DNA of 64,000 bases. It comes from Bdellovibrionales bacterium (GTDB lineage: Bacteria > Bdellovibrionota > Bdellovibrionia > Bdellovibrionales > JAUICD01). Below the pieces are notes generated by a model that worked only from the letters and a program-made list of their open reading frames with translations, was not told where the DNA came from and made no database searches. Below are positions 31,837-41,716 of this stretch, one piece after another. Position numbers and translations under genes: made by a program. Positions within the stretch are counted from its first letter, which is position 1. The number at the start of each line of letters is the position of its first letter. The stretch is taken from the NCBI GenBank assembly GCA_965203275.1, contig OZ241865.1:576001-640000 (forward strand). Direction: 5' to 3'.

Positions 31837-33198
31837 CTATTGTTCAGAAGCTTGCCTTAATATCTCACTAATATTACCCATATTGCTTTTGATCTGAGAT
31901 GAAGGTTGATTTTTCAAGTGACCCACAGAGTTTATAGTATGAATCCCTGCTGTGTTCTGTACAAAATCAACTGGTAAATTATGATGGAGATCATCTTTCT
32001 GCCCTGTAATAGACATGGATGAAGACTTCATAGCTAAAGCAGCCCATGCATTTAACTTTCCAGAGGTAATAGTTTTAGATCGAAGTATTCTTTTCTCATC
32101 AGCAGTAGATAAAATTTGATTTTTCACATCTAAGTAATTAAATTCTTTGTTTTGAGCATACAAAAGAGAACTCACTCCTGAAACAAAAGCTGTAGCTTGA
32201 GATGTTCCTGTCATTTCTCCATATCGATTATTAGGCAGAGTAGAACGAATATTATCCCCTGGTGCTGCAATATGTACAGTCTGATCACCCCAATTACTAG
32301 AAGATAAAACCTTTGTAGAACGATTGATAGCTGTCACAGAAATAATATTATCTAAATTATATTTTGCAGGATAATAATCAGATTTATTGGAGTTAGATTT
32401 CTCATTTCCAGCAGCAGCTATAAATAAAATACCTTTGTCTCTGGCTTTTTTAATAGCATTAAACTCATGTTTAGAATATTGCACTCCACCACCTGAATAA
32501 TTAATAATTTTAGCTCCCATTTTGACAGCATATTCAATAGCCATCACTGTATTTTTCAGGTTATCTGTATTGGGAAAACGAGGATCATAATACTTTAAGA
32601 TCATAAGGCTCACCTTAGGTGAAACTCCACTAATACCTTTGCCATTACTACCTTCCGCACCAATAATCCCTGCGACATGTGTCCCATGGCCATGATGATC
32701 TTTAATATCCTTGTTATTAGATACAAAGTTCCAACCATACACGTCATCTACAAATCCATTGCCATCATCATCTATTTTATTTGTAGCTTTAGATCTGCCT
32801 CTGCTATCTAAACCAACTTCTCCTTGGTTTTTCCAGAGATTATTCTTTAAATCTTCATGCTGTACATCAATGCCTGTATCAATCACAGCTACCACAACAT
32901 CTCGACTGCCTTTAGAGATTTCCCATGCCTTCATTGCTCGAATGTCAGCTTCACTTGTTCCCATTAATCCCCAATTACGGGCAATAGACGAATCATTGAT
33001 CAAAACAGAAGATTCTTTACCTGTTTTGTTCTTAATATTATGAGCTTTATTGAAATTTACAGATCTGCTCTGAAGAGCTTCATATACTTGCTGTGATAAT
33101 GGTGATGCATCCACATAAAAAGTGTAATATCCCTCAAACAAACAAGCCACTAATAATAAAATTGCAACATATATTTTTTCACTACGTGTCGTCCACAT
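31837..33198 (-). CDS. Secreted S8 (subtilisin-like) serine protease
   Basis: Catalytic motifs VAVIDTG, HGHGTHVAG, GTSQAT; AAGN oxyanion motif. Confidence 0.93.
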   Translation of the reverse strand: MWTTRSEKIYVAILLLVACLFEGYYTFYVDASPLSQQVYEALQSRSVNFNKAHNIKNKTGKESSVLINDSSIARNWGLMGTSEADIRAMKAWEISKGSRDVVVAVIDTGIDVQHEDLKNNLWKNQGEVGLDSRGRSKATNKIDDDGNGFVDDVYGWNFVSNNKDIKDHHGHGTHVAGIIGAEGSNGKGISGVSPKVSLMILKYYDPRFPNTDNLKNTVMAIEYAVKMGAKIINYSGGGVQYSKHEFNAIKKARDKGILFIAAAGNEKSNSNKSDYYPAKYNLDNIISVTAINRSTKVLSSSNWGDQTVHIAAPGDNIRSTLPNNRYGEMTGTSQATAFVSGVSSLLYAQNKEFNYLDVKNQILSTADEKRILRSKTITSGKLNAWAALAMKSSSMSITGQKDDLHHNLPVDFVQNTAGIHTINSVGHLKNQPSSQIKSNMGNISEILRQASEQ

Positions 33199-33479
33199 AT
33201 TATTTCCCCTTATTTTTCCTTATACTTTTTTATAAGCAAAATAAGGGCCAAAATGAAAGTGCATTATTTGCAAGCTCAGAGATAAAATAAACTATTTTGA
33301 TAACTAAAAGTTAAAGAGTTGTCAATTGTTTAGACAGTATTGATATTGAGATAAGGTTATGATGGGCTTGGAGGGGGGTGGGTTCAAATGCATTGAGGAT
33401 TTGACCTTCTTCATTGCATTTATTCCCACGATGATACCCTTTTACCCTTTAGCTTCCTTTATCCGATGAAAGGAAAGCA

Positions 33480-33890
33480 TTATTTCCCCCAGAAATGCGG
33501 TTTTCCAACAGGATGTTGACTGGGATGATTCAAATAATTTGATGGAGTGTTAGCATTCATAGAAGTAACTGTAGAACTTCCTCTAGGAATAGGGTTTTGA
33601 TGAGCAAGTAAGCCTTGTTCATTAGGACCCTGTACCACCTGTTGCTGCTGTGTTGTTCTCCTTGCTTCCTCCTCTAAAAAATGCTGATGAGGCATGCACC
33701 AAACAATCAACTGAGCCCTCGATTTTAAGTTCATCTTTTTATAAATATTAGTCAGATGAAACTTAATAGTTTTTTCAGTCACAAAAAGCTGGTTAGCTAC
33801 CTCCTTATTGGATAAGCCTTTAGTGACCATTTCAACAACCTCTGCTTCCCTTTTAGAAAGCCCTTTTTGAATGAGAATATTTCTGAGCAT
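33480..33890 (-). CDS. LuxR-type HTH regulator with a low-complexity Gln-rich tail
   Basis: LSKREAEVV..GLSNKEVANQLFVTEKTIKFHLTNIYKKM. Confidence 0.9.
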   Translation of the reverse strand: MLRNILIQKGLSKREAEVVEMVTKGLSNKEVANQLFVTEKTIKFHLTNIYKKMNLKSRAQLIVWCMPHQHFLEEEARRTTQQQQVVQGPNEQGLLAHQNPIPRGSSTVTSMNANTPSNYLNHPSQHPVGKPHFWGK

Positions 33891-34152
33891 TTTACGTCCC
33901 CCCTCTCTAAAAATTTATTTTTACATAGCTCATAAGAATAGTCTCACAACAAAGCTGATATTGTGCAACCTCTCTATTTATGACCTTTAAAAACTAGACT
34001 GAATTACTTGCCCTTTTGGTTAGAAAAAACTTGCTCTTTTATTTCATTTGTTTTTATGATGAGGTCAAAAAAGTGAACCTCTCTTAATATTTACATACTT
34101 TAAAGTGTATTTTAATTTATTTTTTAACCTCATTTTAACCTCACTAGAAGGC

Positions 34153-35166
34153 CTAAGACTTTGGGATGCTATTTTTTGCTTCCATTGCTACAGATTTAAA
34201 AAAATAAGGACCTTCAAAAACAAGGGCTGTATAAACCTGTACCAAATCTGCCCCATGAAATAAGCGTTTTTTGACATCTGAGGGACTTAATACACCCCCT
34301 ACAGAAATCAATAAATATTCCTTTCTTTTTTGTTCTCCTAATTTTTCTATTAAGTAATGATGGGCTAACTGAAGATGTTTTAAAGACTTTTCCTTTAAAA
34401 AAGCTCCTGAAAGTCCTCCATCCAGAGGATAGCTAGATGAGGAAGGCCTAGCTTCTGTCGTATTAGTTAAAATCCACCCTTTAAACCCTAAACTCAAACT
34501 CACATCTATCAAATGAAAAAAATCCTTAGCTGTCATATCAGGGCTTATTTTTAAAAAGGTATGACAAGGCTTAGAACCTCCACAGGCTACTTGTGCTATG
34601 GGTTCTAAAAAAGTTTTTATTTTAGAAGGGGAAGCCAAATCACGAAGTCCCTTTGTATTCGGACTAGAAATATTTATAACAAATCCATCCACAATTAGAC
34701 GAAAGTCCTGAATTAAAGAAATATAATCATCAGATGCATGCTCTTTAGGTGTCTGTCTATTTTGACCTATATTTAAAAAAATAGGCGTAGGATAAGGTTT
34801 TTTAAGTTTAAGAAGTCTTTTTTTAATAAACTCTGCACCTTTATTAGGAAAGCCCAACTTATTCCAGAGAATTTTATTTTGAGTATCTCTCAGCAAGACC
34901 GGTGAAGGGTTGGCTTTTTGAGGTTGAGGAGTGACTGTACCGATTTCTATAAAGCCTACACCTTGTGTCCACCAATCATCAACGTTAAAGGCATTTTTAT
35001 CTATGCCTCCAGCAATCCCTAAAGGGTTTAAAAATTGAAGATTATGCCATTGAAAAGGCGACCATTGATAGGTCACTCTTTTGCGAAAAAAACACACCAC
35101 CTTTAAAAAAAAAGGGGCAAGAAAATGTGCTAAGGATACAGGCAATAATAAAAAGAATTTCATCAT
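34153..35166 (-). CDS. pyrD: Dihydroorotate dehydrogenase (quinone, class 2)
   Basis: NPLGIAGGIDKN, EIGTVTP.PQ, INISSPNT.GLR, KISPD, GGLSG. Confidence 0.92.
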   Translation of the reverse strand: MMKFFLLLPVSLAHFLAPFFLKVVCFFRKRVTYQWSPFQWHNLQFLNPLGIAGGIDKNAFNVDDWWTQGVGFIEIGTVTPQPQKANPSPVLLRDTQNKILWNKLGFPNKGAEFIKKRLLKLKKPYPTPIFLNIGQNRQTPKEHASDDYISLIQDFRLIVDGFVINISSPNTKGLRDLASPSKIKTFLEPIAQVACGGSKPCHTFLKISPDMTAKDFFHLIDVSLSLGFKGWILTNTTEARPSSSSYPLDGGLSGAFLKEKSLKHLQLAHHYLIEKLGEQKRKEYLLISVGGVLSPSDVKKRLFHGADLVQVYTALVFEGPYFFKSVAMEAKNSIPKS

Positions 35167-35288
35167 TATATTATATTTAACCTCGCTCTTTTCTTTGAAT
35201 CTTTGTGGTTTTTGTGATTTTTAAGATTTTTGAGATTTCTAAACAGAATTTTTTCATATTATTTTCTCTTATTTTTTAATACAGCTTT

Positions 35289-36203
35289 TTATTTTTGAGA
35301 TGCAGGTTGATTTTGACTTTGACAACTTTTAGAACAGATGCGAGAACAACCAGCTGCTAAACAAGCATCGCATATTTTTGTGGGTTTGCCACAAAACTTA
35401 CAATGAAGAATATTTCGAGCAGGCTGTCCACAATGTGGACAAAGAGAGTAAATCTTTGAAGGCTCCATAGCAGAATTGACAGCCACTCGATGATCAAAAA
35501 CAAAGCATTCTCCATGCCATTGATTATCTTTTTGATGAGCATATTCTTGCAGATAGCCTAAAATACCTCCCTGTAATTGATAAGTATATTTATAGCCCAT
35601 TTTTTGCATTTCCATACAGGCTTTTTCACATCGAATGCCTCCTGTACAGAAAGTATAAATAGGTTGATCTTTTTTTAGACCTAGTTTTTTAAATTGATCA
35701 CTAAACTCAGCAAATGTTTTGATATTTAAAATGTGAGAGGAGGGAAAGCTTCCTAGCTGTGTCTCATACCAATTGCGTACATCTAAAAGCACACTTTTAT
35801 TTTTCTGATGAGATGATTGCTTAAGTAGGTTATGCCATTTTTTTGGAGAAAGATATATTGATTTTTCTAGTATTTCTTTGGGATCAATTAGCTTCATTTT
35901 AATAATTTCTTTCTTAACTTTGACCTTCATCCTTTTGAAAGGTAAAAAACCACAAAGACTCTCTTTATAAGACAGCCTTGATGCCAACTTCTCATCTAAA
36001 AAAGACTTGATATGAGAAATAGCATCCCCTGAGCCAGCAATAGTTCCATTGATTCCTTCCTGGCCAATAAGGATTAATCCTTTGATATGAAGCTTGTTTG
36101 TGAGCATTTGCAATGATTGGTTCAAATCCAAAAGCTCCTTTTGTGAGAACGTCACAAATTGATAGAAGCTTATAATATGGTAGGGTTCTTTTTGAGTCAT
36201 CAT
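35289..36203 (-). CDS. trhO: Rhodanese-domain tRNA uridine(34) hydroxylase (YceA/TrhO family)
   Basis: EGINGT, LDVRN.YE..G.F, FCTGGIRCEKA, LQGGIL.Y, CFVFD.R. Confidence 0.85.
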   Translation of the reverse strand: MMTQKEPYHIISFYQFVTFSQKELLDLNQSLQMLTNKLHIKGLILIGQEGINGTIAGSGDAISHIKSFLDEKLASRLSYKESLCGFLPFKRMKVKVKKEIIKMKLIDPKEILEKSIYLSPKKWHNLLKQSSHQKNKSVLLDVRNWYETQLGSFPSSHILNIKTFAEFSDQFKKLGLKKDQPIYTFCTGGIRCEKACMEMQKMGYKYTYQLQGGILGYLQEYAHQKDNQWHGECFVFDHRVAVNSAMEPSKIYSLCPHCGQPARNILHCKFCGKPTKICDACLAAGCSRICSKSCQSQNQPASQK

Positions 36204-36417
36204 TATAGCCTCATTATATCTATAGACGTTACTTATTTCAAATTTTTTATTCCTTCATTGTTGACAAAGCATTGACAAAGTGTTTTTTTATTGTAATTGT
36301 ATGATTTGATGATTTTGATTTGATGATTTTGATGATAACACAATGTTGAAATTATTGCCCGATTGAATGTATTGCTCAGCTGTAAGCTGTAAATAAAAAC
36401 ATCAATAAGCGATTATA

Positions 36418-36738
36418 ATGAAAAAACAAATTATTTTACTCATTATTTTATTAATTTGCATATCTTGTGCTTCATCCAGCATACAAAACAAAGCTGTATC
36501 ACGACCATCATCAATGGACCCTCAATGGACAGTATGCAAAACAAATAGAGATTGTATCAAAGTAAAAAGTTTTTGCCGGTTACCTGCTACAGTGAATAGA
36601 CAATATAAGGATATTTTTTTAGATTTTGTAAAACAAAATAAAGATTCTATAAACTGCAAAAGATATCAAAATGTAAAGTATGATCAAATCACAGAGGCTT
36701 TATGTCAAGACCGCCAATGTCGACTTGTCATACCATGA
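36418..36738 (+). CDS. Small Cys-rich putative lipoprotein
   Basis: Lipobox-like CISC; 6 further Cys. Confidence 0.7.
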   Translation: MKKQIILLIILLICISCASSSIQNKAVSRPSSMDPQWTVCKTNRDCIKVKSFCRLPATVNRQYKDIFLDFVKQNKDSINCKRYQNVKYDQITEALCQDRQCRLVIP

Positions 36739-36775
36739 AATACCATAACTTTAAAAATAACATAAGGAGGAATCA

Positions 36776-38410
36776 GTGAATAAAATCAATGTCAAAGTCC
36801 TAACCCAAGAATCTTCTAAAGATTTTGTGATAAAAGGTTTAAAAACTCAAGATGTGGAGGTGATCTTTTGCCTTCGTAGCAAAGAAATATCTTATGACCA
36901 TAAGAGCTTTGCCCTGCCTTCTAAAAAAGATTTTTTTATCATAAAGCCTCACTCTTCTCCAGAGCTTTTAGATAAAATTCAAGAGGCAATCCATGAAGGA
37001 GCTTTTTTGGCAAAAGCTGATCAAAGCTTAATTTTGAGATCTTCTGGTACATATACCAAGCATGTTGTAGTGGTGGGTCTTGGTGAAGTGAAAGGCTTTC
37101 GCCAAAAAGAAACCCTTTGTCTTGAGGCTTTCCGTAGAGGTGGAGCTATTGCCTATAAGGCTTTAGCTACTCTTAAAGCTAAAACGGCTGTGCTAAATTT
37201 ACAACATTTTGATTATTTGTTTGCAGGACAAACAGAGAAAATCACACAAGCTTTTTTACTTGGTTTTAAACTGGCTAGTTATAAATTCGAAGATCATTTA
37301 AGTGAAAAATCAAAATATTCTTTTGAAACATTGCATCTTGTCATCACACAGCGTCCTTCACAGTCTGCACAACAAAGCAAAACAGTCGAAGATTCTTTAA
37401 ATCATATTGTCAAGCAGACTTTTTGTATTACGGAGGGGGTTGAGTTTGCTAGATGGCTTAGTGACCATCCTGGCAACATCATTAATCCTGAAACCTTAGC
37501 AAAGCAAGTACAGAAAAAGTTTAAAGGCACTTCTGTTAAGGTGACTGTATGGGATCAAGCTCGTATCAAAAGGGAACGCATGGGACTTCTTTATGGTGTG
37601 GGGCAGGGCAGTGCTGTAGAATCTCGCTTGATTATTATGGAATACAAAAGCAAAGACGTGAGAGGTCAAGCTCCTGTTTGTTTTGTGGGCAAGGGAATCA
37701 CATTTGATTCAGGTGGTATTAGTATTAAGCCTTCTCAGTCTATGGAGGAGATGAAATACGATATGTGTGGGAGTGCTGATGTGATTGGAACACTTGTAGC
37801 ACTTGAAAAGCTTCAAGCTCCTGTGCATATTATTGGTATTGTAGCAGCAGCAGAAAATATGCCAGGTCCTTCTGCTACAAAGCCAGGGGATATACATTAT
37901 GCTCGTAACGGCACATCTGTAGAGGTTTTTAATACTGATGCAGAAGGTCGGTTAGCTTTAGGCGATGCTTTATGTCTTGCTGTTGAAAAAAAGCCACAGT
38001 TTATTGTGGATGTAGCTACCCTTACAGGAGCTATTATTGTAGCTTTAGGGGCTTATCATACAGGTTATTTTGTTCGTGACAAACAGCTAGCTGAAGCGAT
38101 CAATAAGGCTCTTGATGCTACTGAAGAAAATGCTTGGAGACTTCCTTTGAATGAAGAACACCGCAAATTAATGAAAGGCACACATGCTGACTTACAAAAT
38201 ATTTGCGATGGAAAGAGGGGAGCAGGTAGCACGAAGGGGGCAGCCTTTTTGTCTTATTTTGTAGATGATATTCCTTGGGCTCATTTTGATATTGCAGGAA
38301 CAGCTTGGAATATAGGGCATCTCTATCCTTATTGTCCTAAAAAGGGAGCATCTGCTCTCATGGTACGTACCTTTTGCCAGCTAGCAATAAACACTTTCCG
38401 CCCACATTAG
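36776..38410 (+). CDS. pepA: Leucyl aminopeptidase (M17)
   Basis: VGKGITFDSGGISIK, MKYDMCG, NTDAEGRL, DVATLTGA, WAHFDIAGT. Confidence 0.95.
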   Translation: MNKINVKVLTQESSKDFVIKGLKTQDVEVIFCLRSKEISYDHKSFALPSKKDFFIIKPHSSPELLDKIQEAIHEGAFLAKADQSLILRSSGTYTKHVVVVGLGEVKGFRQKETLCLEAFRRGGAIAYKALATLKAKTAVLNLQHFDYLFAGQTEKITQAFLLGFKLASYKFEDHLSEKSKYSFETLHLVITQRPSQSAQQSKTVEDSLNHIVKQTFCITEGVEFARWLSDHPGNIINPETLAKQVQKKFKGTSVKVTVWDQARIKRERMGLLYGVGQGSAVESRLIIMEYKSKDVRGQAPVCFVGKGITFDSGGISIKPSQSMEEMKYDMCGSADVIGTLVALEKLQAPVHIIGIVAAAENMPGPSATKPGDIHYARNGTSVEVFNTDAEGRLALGDALCLAVEKKPQFIVDVATLTGAIIVALGAYHTGYFVRDKQLAEAINKALDATEENAWRLPLNEEHRKLMKGTHADLQNICDGKRGAGSTKGAAFLSYFVDDIPWAHFDIAGTAWNIGHLYPYCPKKGASALMVRTFCQLAINTFRPH

Positions 38411-38612
38411 TGTTTCACTCAAAATAAATCATGCCTCTGGCATGTTTTCTGGCAGTTAGCCCGACGGCTTATCGCCGTCGGGCTGATTGCCCAAAAACAG
38501 CCAGAGGCTGGTTTATTTTTAGTGAAACAAACGCGGTCATTGCCCAAAAACATGCCAGAGGCATGATGCATTTTGAGTGAAAAAGACGGTTGGTTTACTT
38601 TTAGTGAAAAAG
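38411..38612. repeat. Palindromic family-A doublet (38411-38529) plus partial copies
   Basis: tgtttcactcaaaataaa ... tttatttttagtgaaaca, beginning immediately after the pepA stop. Confidence 0.88.
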
Positions 38613-39561
38613 ATAAAAGGTCCAAAATGATATGTACAAAGAAATTGAGGTAAATACAAATTTTAGTAGTGAGATTCTGACCGATCACCTCAAAATTGAC
38701 CTTTCAATTCTCTGAAAAAAGCTTGATTTGATAGATTTGCGAAATAAGACAATTATAGATTCAAGGAAGGGAAATTTTGAGGGAAACAACGCACGTATTT
38801 CTAAAAGAGGTTCGTACGGGTAGACGAAGATCAACGAAATTAGACAATAAAAGGTCCAAAATGATATGTACAAAGAAATTGAGGTAAATACAAATTTTAG
38901 TAGTGAGATTCTGACCGATCACCTCAAAATTGACCTTTCAATTCTCTGAAAAAAGCTTGATTTGATAGATTTGCGAAATAAGACAATTATAGATTCAAGG
39001 AAGGGAAATTTTGAGGGAAACAACGCACGTATTTCTAAAAGAGGTTCGTACGGGTAGACGAAGATCAACGAAATTAGACAATAAAAGGTCCAAAATGATA
39101 TGTACAAAAAAATTGAGGTAAATACAAATTTTAGTAGTGAGATTCTGACCGATCACCTCAAAATTGACCTTTCAATTCTCTGAAAAAAGCTTGATTTGAT
39201 AGATTTGCGAAATAAGACAATTATAGATTCAAGGAAGGGAAATTTTGAGGGAAACAACGCACGTATTTCTAAAAGAGGTTCGTACGGGTAGACGAAGATC
39301 AACGAAATTAGACAATAAAAGGTCCAAAATGATATGTACAAAAAAATTGAGGTAAATACAAGTTTTAGTAGTGAGATTCTGACCGATCACCTCAAAATTG
39401 ACCTTTCAATTCTCTGAAAAAAGCTTGATTTGATAGATTTGCGAAATAAGACAATTATAGATTCAAGGAAGGGAAATTTTGAGGGAAACAACGCACGTAT
39501 TTCTAAAAGAGGTTCGTACGGGTAGACGAAGATCAACGAAATTAGACAATAAAAGGTCCAA
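38613..39561 (+). repeat. Family B, four tandem 234-bp units
   Basis: Period 234; units differ by only 1-2 bases. Confidence 0.95.
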
Positions 39562-39585
39562 CTTAAGATTTTGTGTGTTTTTATC

Positions 39586-40660
39586 GATAAGTATAAGGAG
39601 GGAGTATTATTGTATGAATAATGAAGGAGAGTACCCTCCGGGATCGGGCAACCCGGCAGTCAGGCATCCGAAAGAACTCTTTTTCCTTAACATCCTGTTT
39701 ATCCGGGATCTGGGATCTGGCAAACCGGCATCACTTCCCGGTATGCCAGATTGCCGGATCCCAGATCCCGGATCATGGGAGTGAATATAAAGTCTTGTTT
39801 CCTTAACATGGTGTTAGAAAACGAAGGTTTCCTCTCTACTCAAAGTGAACAGGCTTTTGAGGTAGCCAGCCTTTGATCGACGACGAAAGTCGTCGGGCTG
39901 GCTACCCAAAAGTGACCAGAGGTCAGTTCACTTTGAGTGAAATAAATCGATAAGTATAAGGAGGGAGTATTATTATATGAATAATGAAGGAGAGTACCCT
40001 CCGGGATCTGGGATCCGGCAACCCGGCATCAAAAAGAACTCTTTCCTTAACATTGTGTTAAAAAACGAAGGGTTTCTTCTTACTCAAAGTGAACAGGCTT
40101 TCTAGACGATGACCATTTTATCGATGGCGAAAGCCATCGTGGTCATCGCCAGAAAGTGGCCAGAGGCCAGTTCACTTTGAGTGAAACAGCTCAGCCTTTG
40201 ATCGACGGCGAGAGCCGTCGTGGTCATCGCCCAGGGTGTAAGAAGGAACTTTTTCCTTAACATGTAGTTAAGAGATGAGGAGATCCTTCTTACTAAAAGT
40301 AAACGGACTTTTGAGGTTGCCAGCGGTGATGAAGGAATTTTTTCCTTAACATGGTGTTAAAAAACGAAGATATCCTCTTTACTAAAAATAAACGGATTTT
40401 TGAGGCATTGCTCTTTTTAGACAGCATAAGCTGTCAGAGCAATGCCCAAAAACAGCCAGAGGCTGGTTTATTTTTAGTGAAAAAGATAAGAAGGCGAATA
40501 GCCTTCGGCTGGCAACCCAAAAGTGACCAGAGGTCAGTTTACTTTTAGTGAAAAAGATAAGAAGTATAAGGAGGGAGTATTATTATATGAATAATGGAGG
40601 ATAGAATCCTCCGGGGATCTGGGATCCGGGATCTGGTAAGCAAGTGTAAGAAGGAACTTT
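39586..40660 (+). repeat. Mosaic of family-A elements, GGGATCY modules and a thrice-repeated aagtataaggagggagtattatt module
   Basis: Family-A cores at 39838, 40082 and 40381; module copies at ~39589, ~39952 and ~40562. Confidence 0.9.
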
Positions 40661-40666
40661 TTACCA

Positions 40667-41716
40667 ATGAAATTAATAAAAAAATCTATAAAATACATCT
40701 TTGATAGATCGGCTCTGCAACTATCTAAAGGGCAAGCTGTTACTGAATATCTCTTATTAATGGTAATTGTATTAACTGTGATAGGAGCTTTTTTGCAAGC
40801 TTTTCATAAAGGCACTCGAACTTTTTTAGAAGGAATTTATGGGGATAATAATGAACAACATTATCTAGGTTGCCTTTTAAGAAAGGGCGAACTACCTGGA
40901 GAGCAACAGGGGAAATGCAAAATGCCTACATTTTCTTTTACAACACCTGATATATCTGTTCCACCAGCTCCGGCTATTCCACCAGCCCCTGATATCCCTC
41001 CCGCCCCACTGATTCCTCCCGCTCCCAACATTCCACCGCCCCCCAGTATCCCTCCTGCTCCATTGATTCCACCGGCTCCAGCTATTCCCCCAGCTCCAAA
41101 CATTCCTTTAGCCCCTAATATTCCTCCCGCTCCAAATATTCCACCAGGAGAAGGTGCTTCCAATGCAATCGCTCAAAATAAAGCAGGAGGAGCAGGTAGA
41201 GGAATAGGAGGTGGCTTAAATAAAGGGCTTATTCCTACAAAAAGAAATTCTAATAATACAGGGATATTTGGTACAGGTAGACTTCGCACAGGAGCAGGAG
41301 CAGGAGCAGGAGGTTCTGGTCAAAATAATACAGTTGCCTTAAATAAAGAAGAAAGTGATAGCATGTCTGTTGCCAATAGTAACAGTGGTTCATTAAATAG
41401 GGTGAGAGGAAGAGATATTATAGGTTCTCGTTTTGTAAGTCTTTCTCAAAAGGCAAAAAAACAAAGAGATAATCAAACTCGCATTAGAAGATCACCTGCC
41501 TCAGAAGCAGGAGGCGGGGGGACTGGACTTGTCAAAAAAGCCATTCCATTAGAAAATCGTACAATAACAACTCAAACTGATGATGTAGAAATCGGCTGGG
41601 ACTTTGCCTTTTTATTAAAAGTTTTAGTGATTGCTGGTATTCTTATTGGAATTTTTCTGCTCTTAGGAGGGCAGTTTCTGCAAATTAAAAAGGGCCTCGA
41701 AGGGGGAGGAACTTAA
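40667..41716 (+). CDS. Membrane protein with a Flp/TadE-like class III signal peptide, Pro-rich xIPPAP repeats and a C-terminal TM segment
   Basis: [15 protein letters not shown]; about 10 xIPPAP units; hydrophobic segment near the C-terminus. Confidence 0.75.
   Translation: MKLIKKSIKYIFDRSALQLSKGQAVTEYLLLMVIVLTVIGAFLQAFHKGTRTFLEGIYGDNNEQHYLGCLLRKGELPGEQQGKCKMPTFSFTTPDISVPPAPAIPPAPDIPPAPLIPPAPNIPPPPSIPPAPLIPPAPAIPPAPNIPLAPNIPPAPNIPPGEGASNAIAQNKAGGAGRGIGGGLNKGLIPTKRNSNNTGIFGTGRLRTGAGAGAGGSGQNNTVALNKEESDSMSVANSNSGSLNRVRGRDIIGSRFVSLSQKAKKQRDNQTRIRRSPASEAGGGGTGLVKKAIPLENRTITTQTDDVEIGWDFAFLLKVLVIAGILIGIFLLLGGQFLQIKKGLEGGGT

Noticed and set aside
38676..38790. Hammerhead ribozyme in family B (ctga...stem...gaaac)
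   Set aside because: ctgaccgatca does not match CUGANGA spacing, one copy has ctgccc, and no stem III/UH cleavage site could be built.
38685..39341. Three identical 62-aa ORFs, and the 66-aa ORF at 1129-1329
   Set aside because: By-products of the family-B repeat; the frames are not conserved between the two arrays.
38613..39561. CRISPR array (repeats ending GAAAC)
   Set aside because: Units are whole 234-bp duplicates with no unique spacers; no cas genes in the window.
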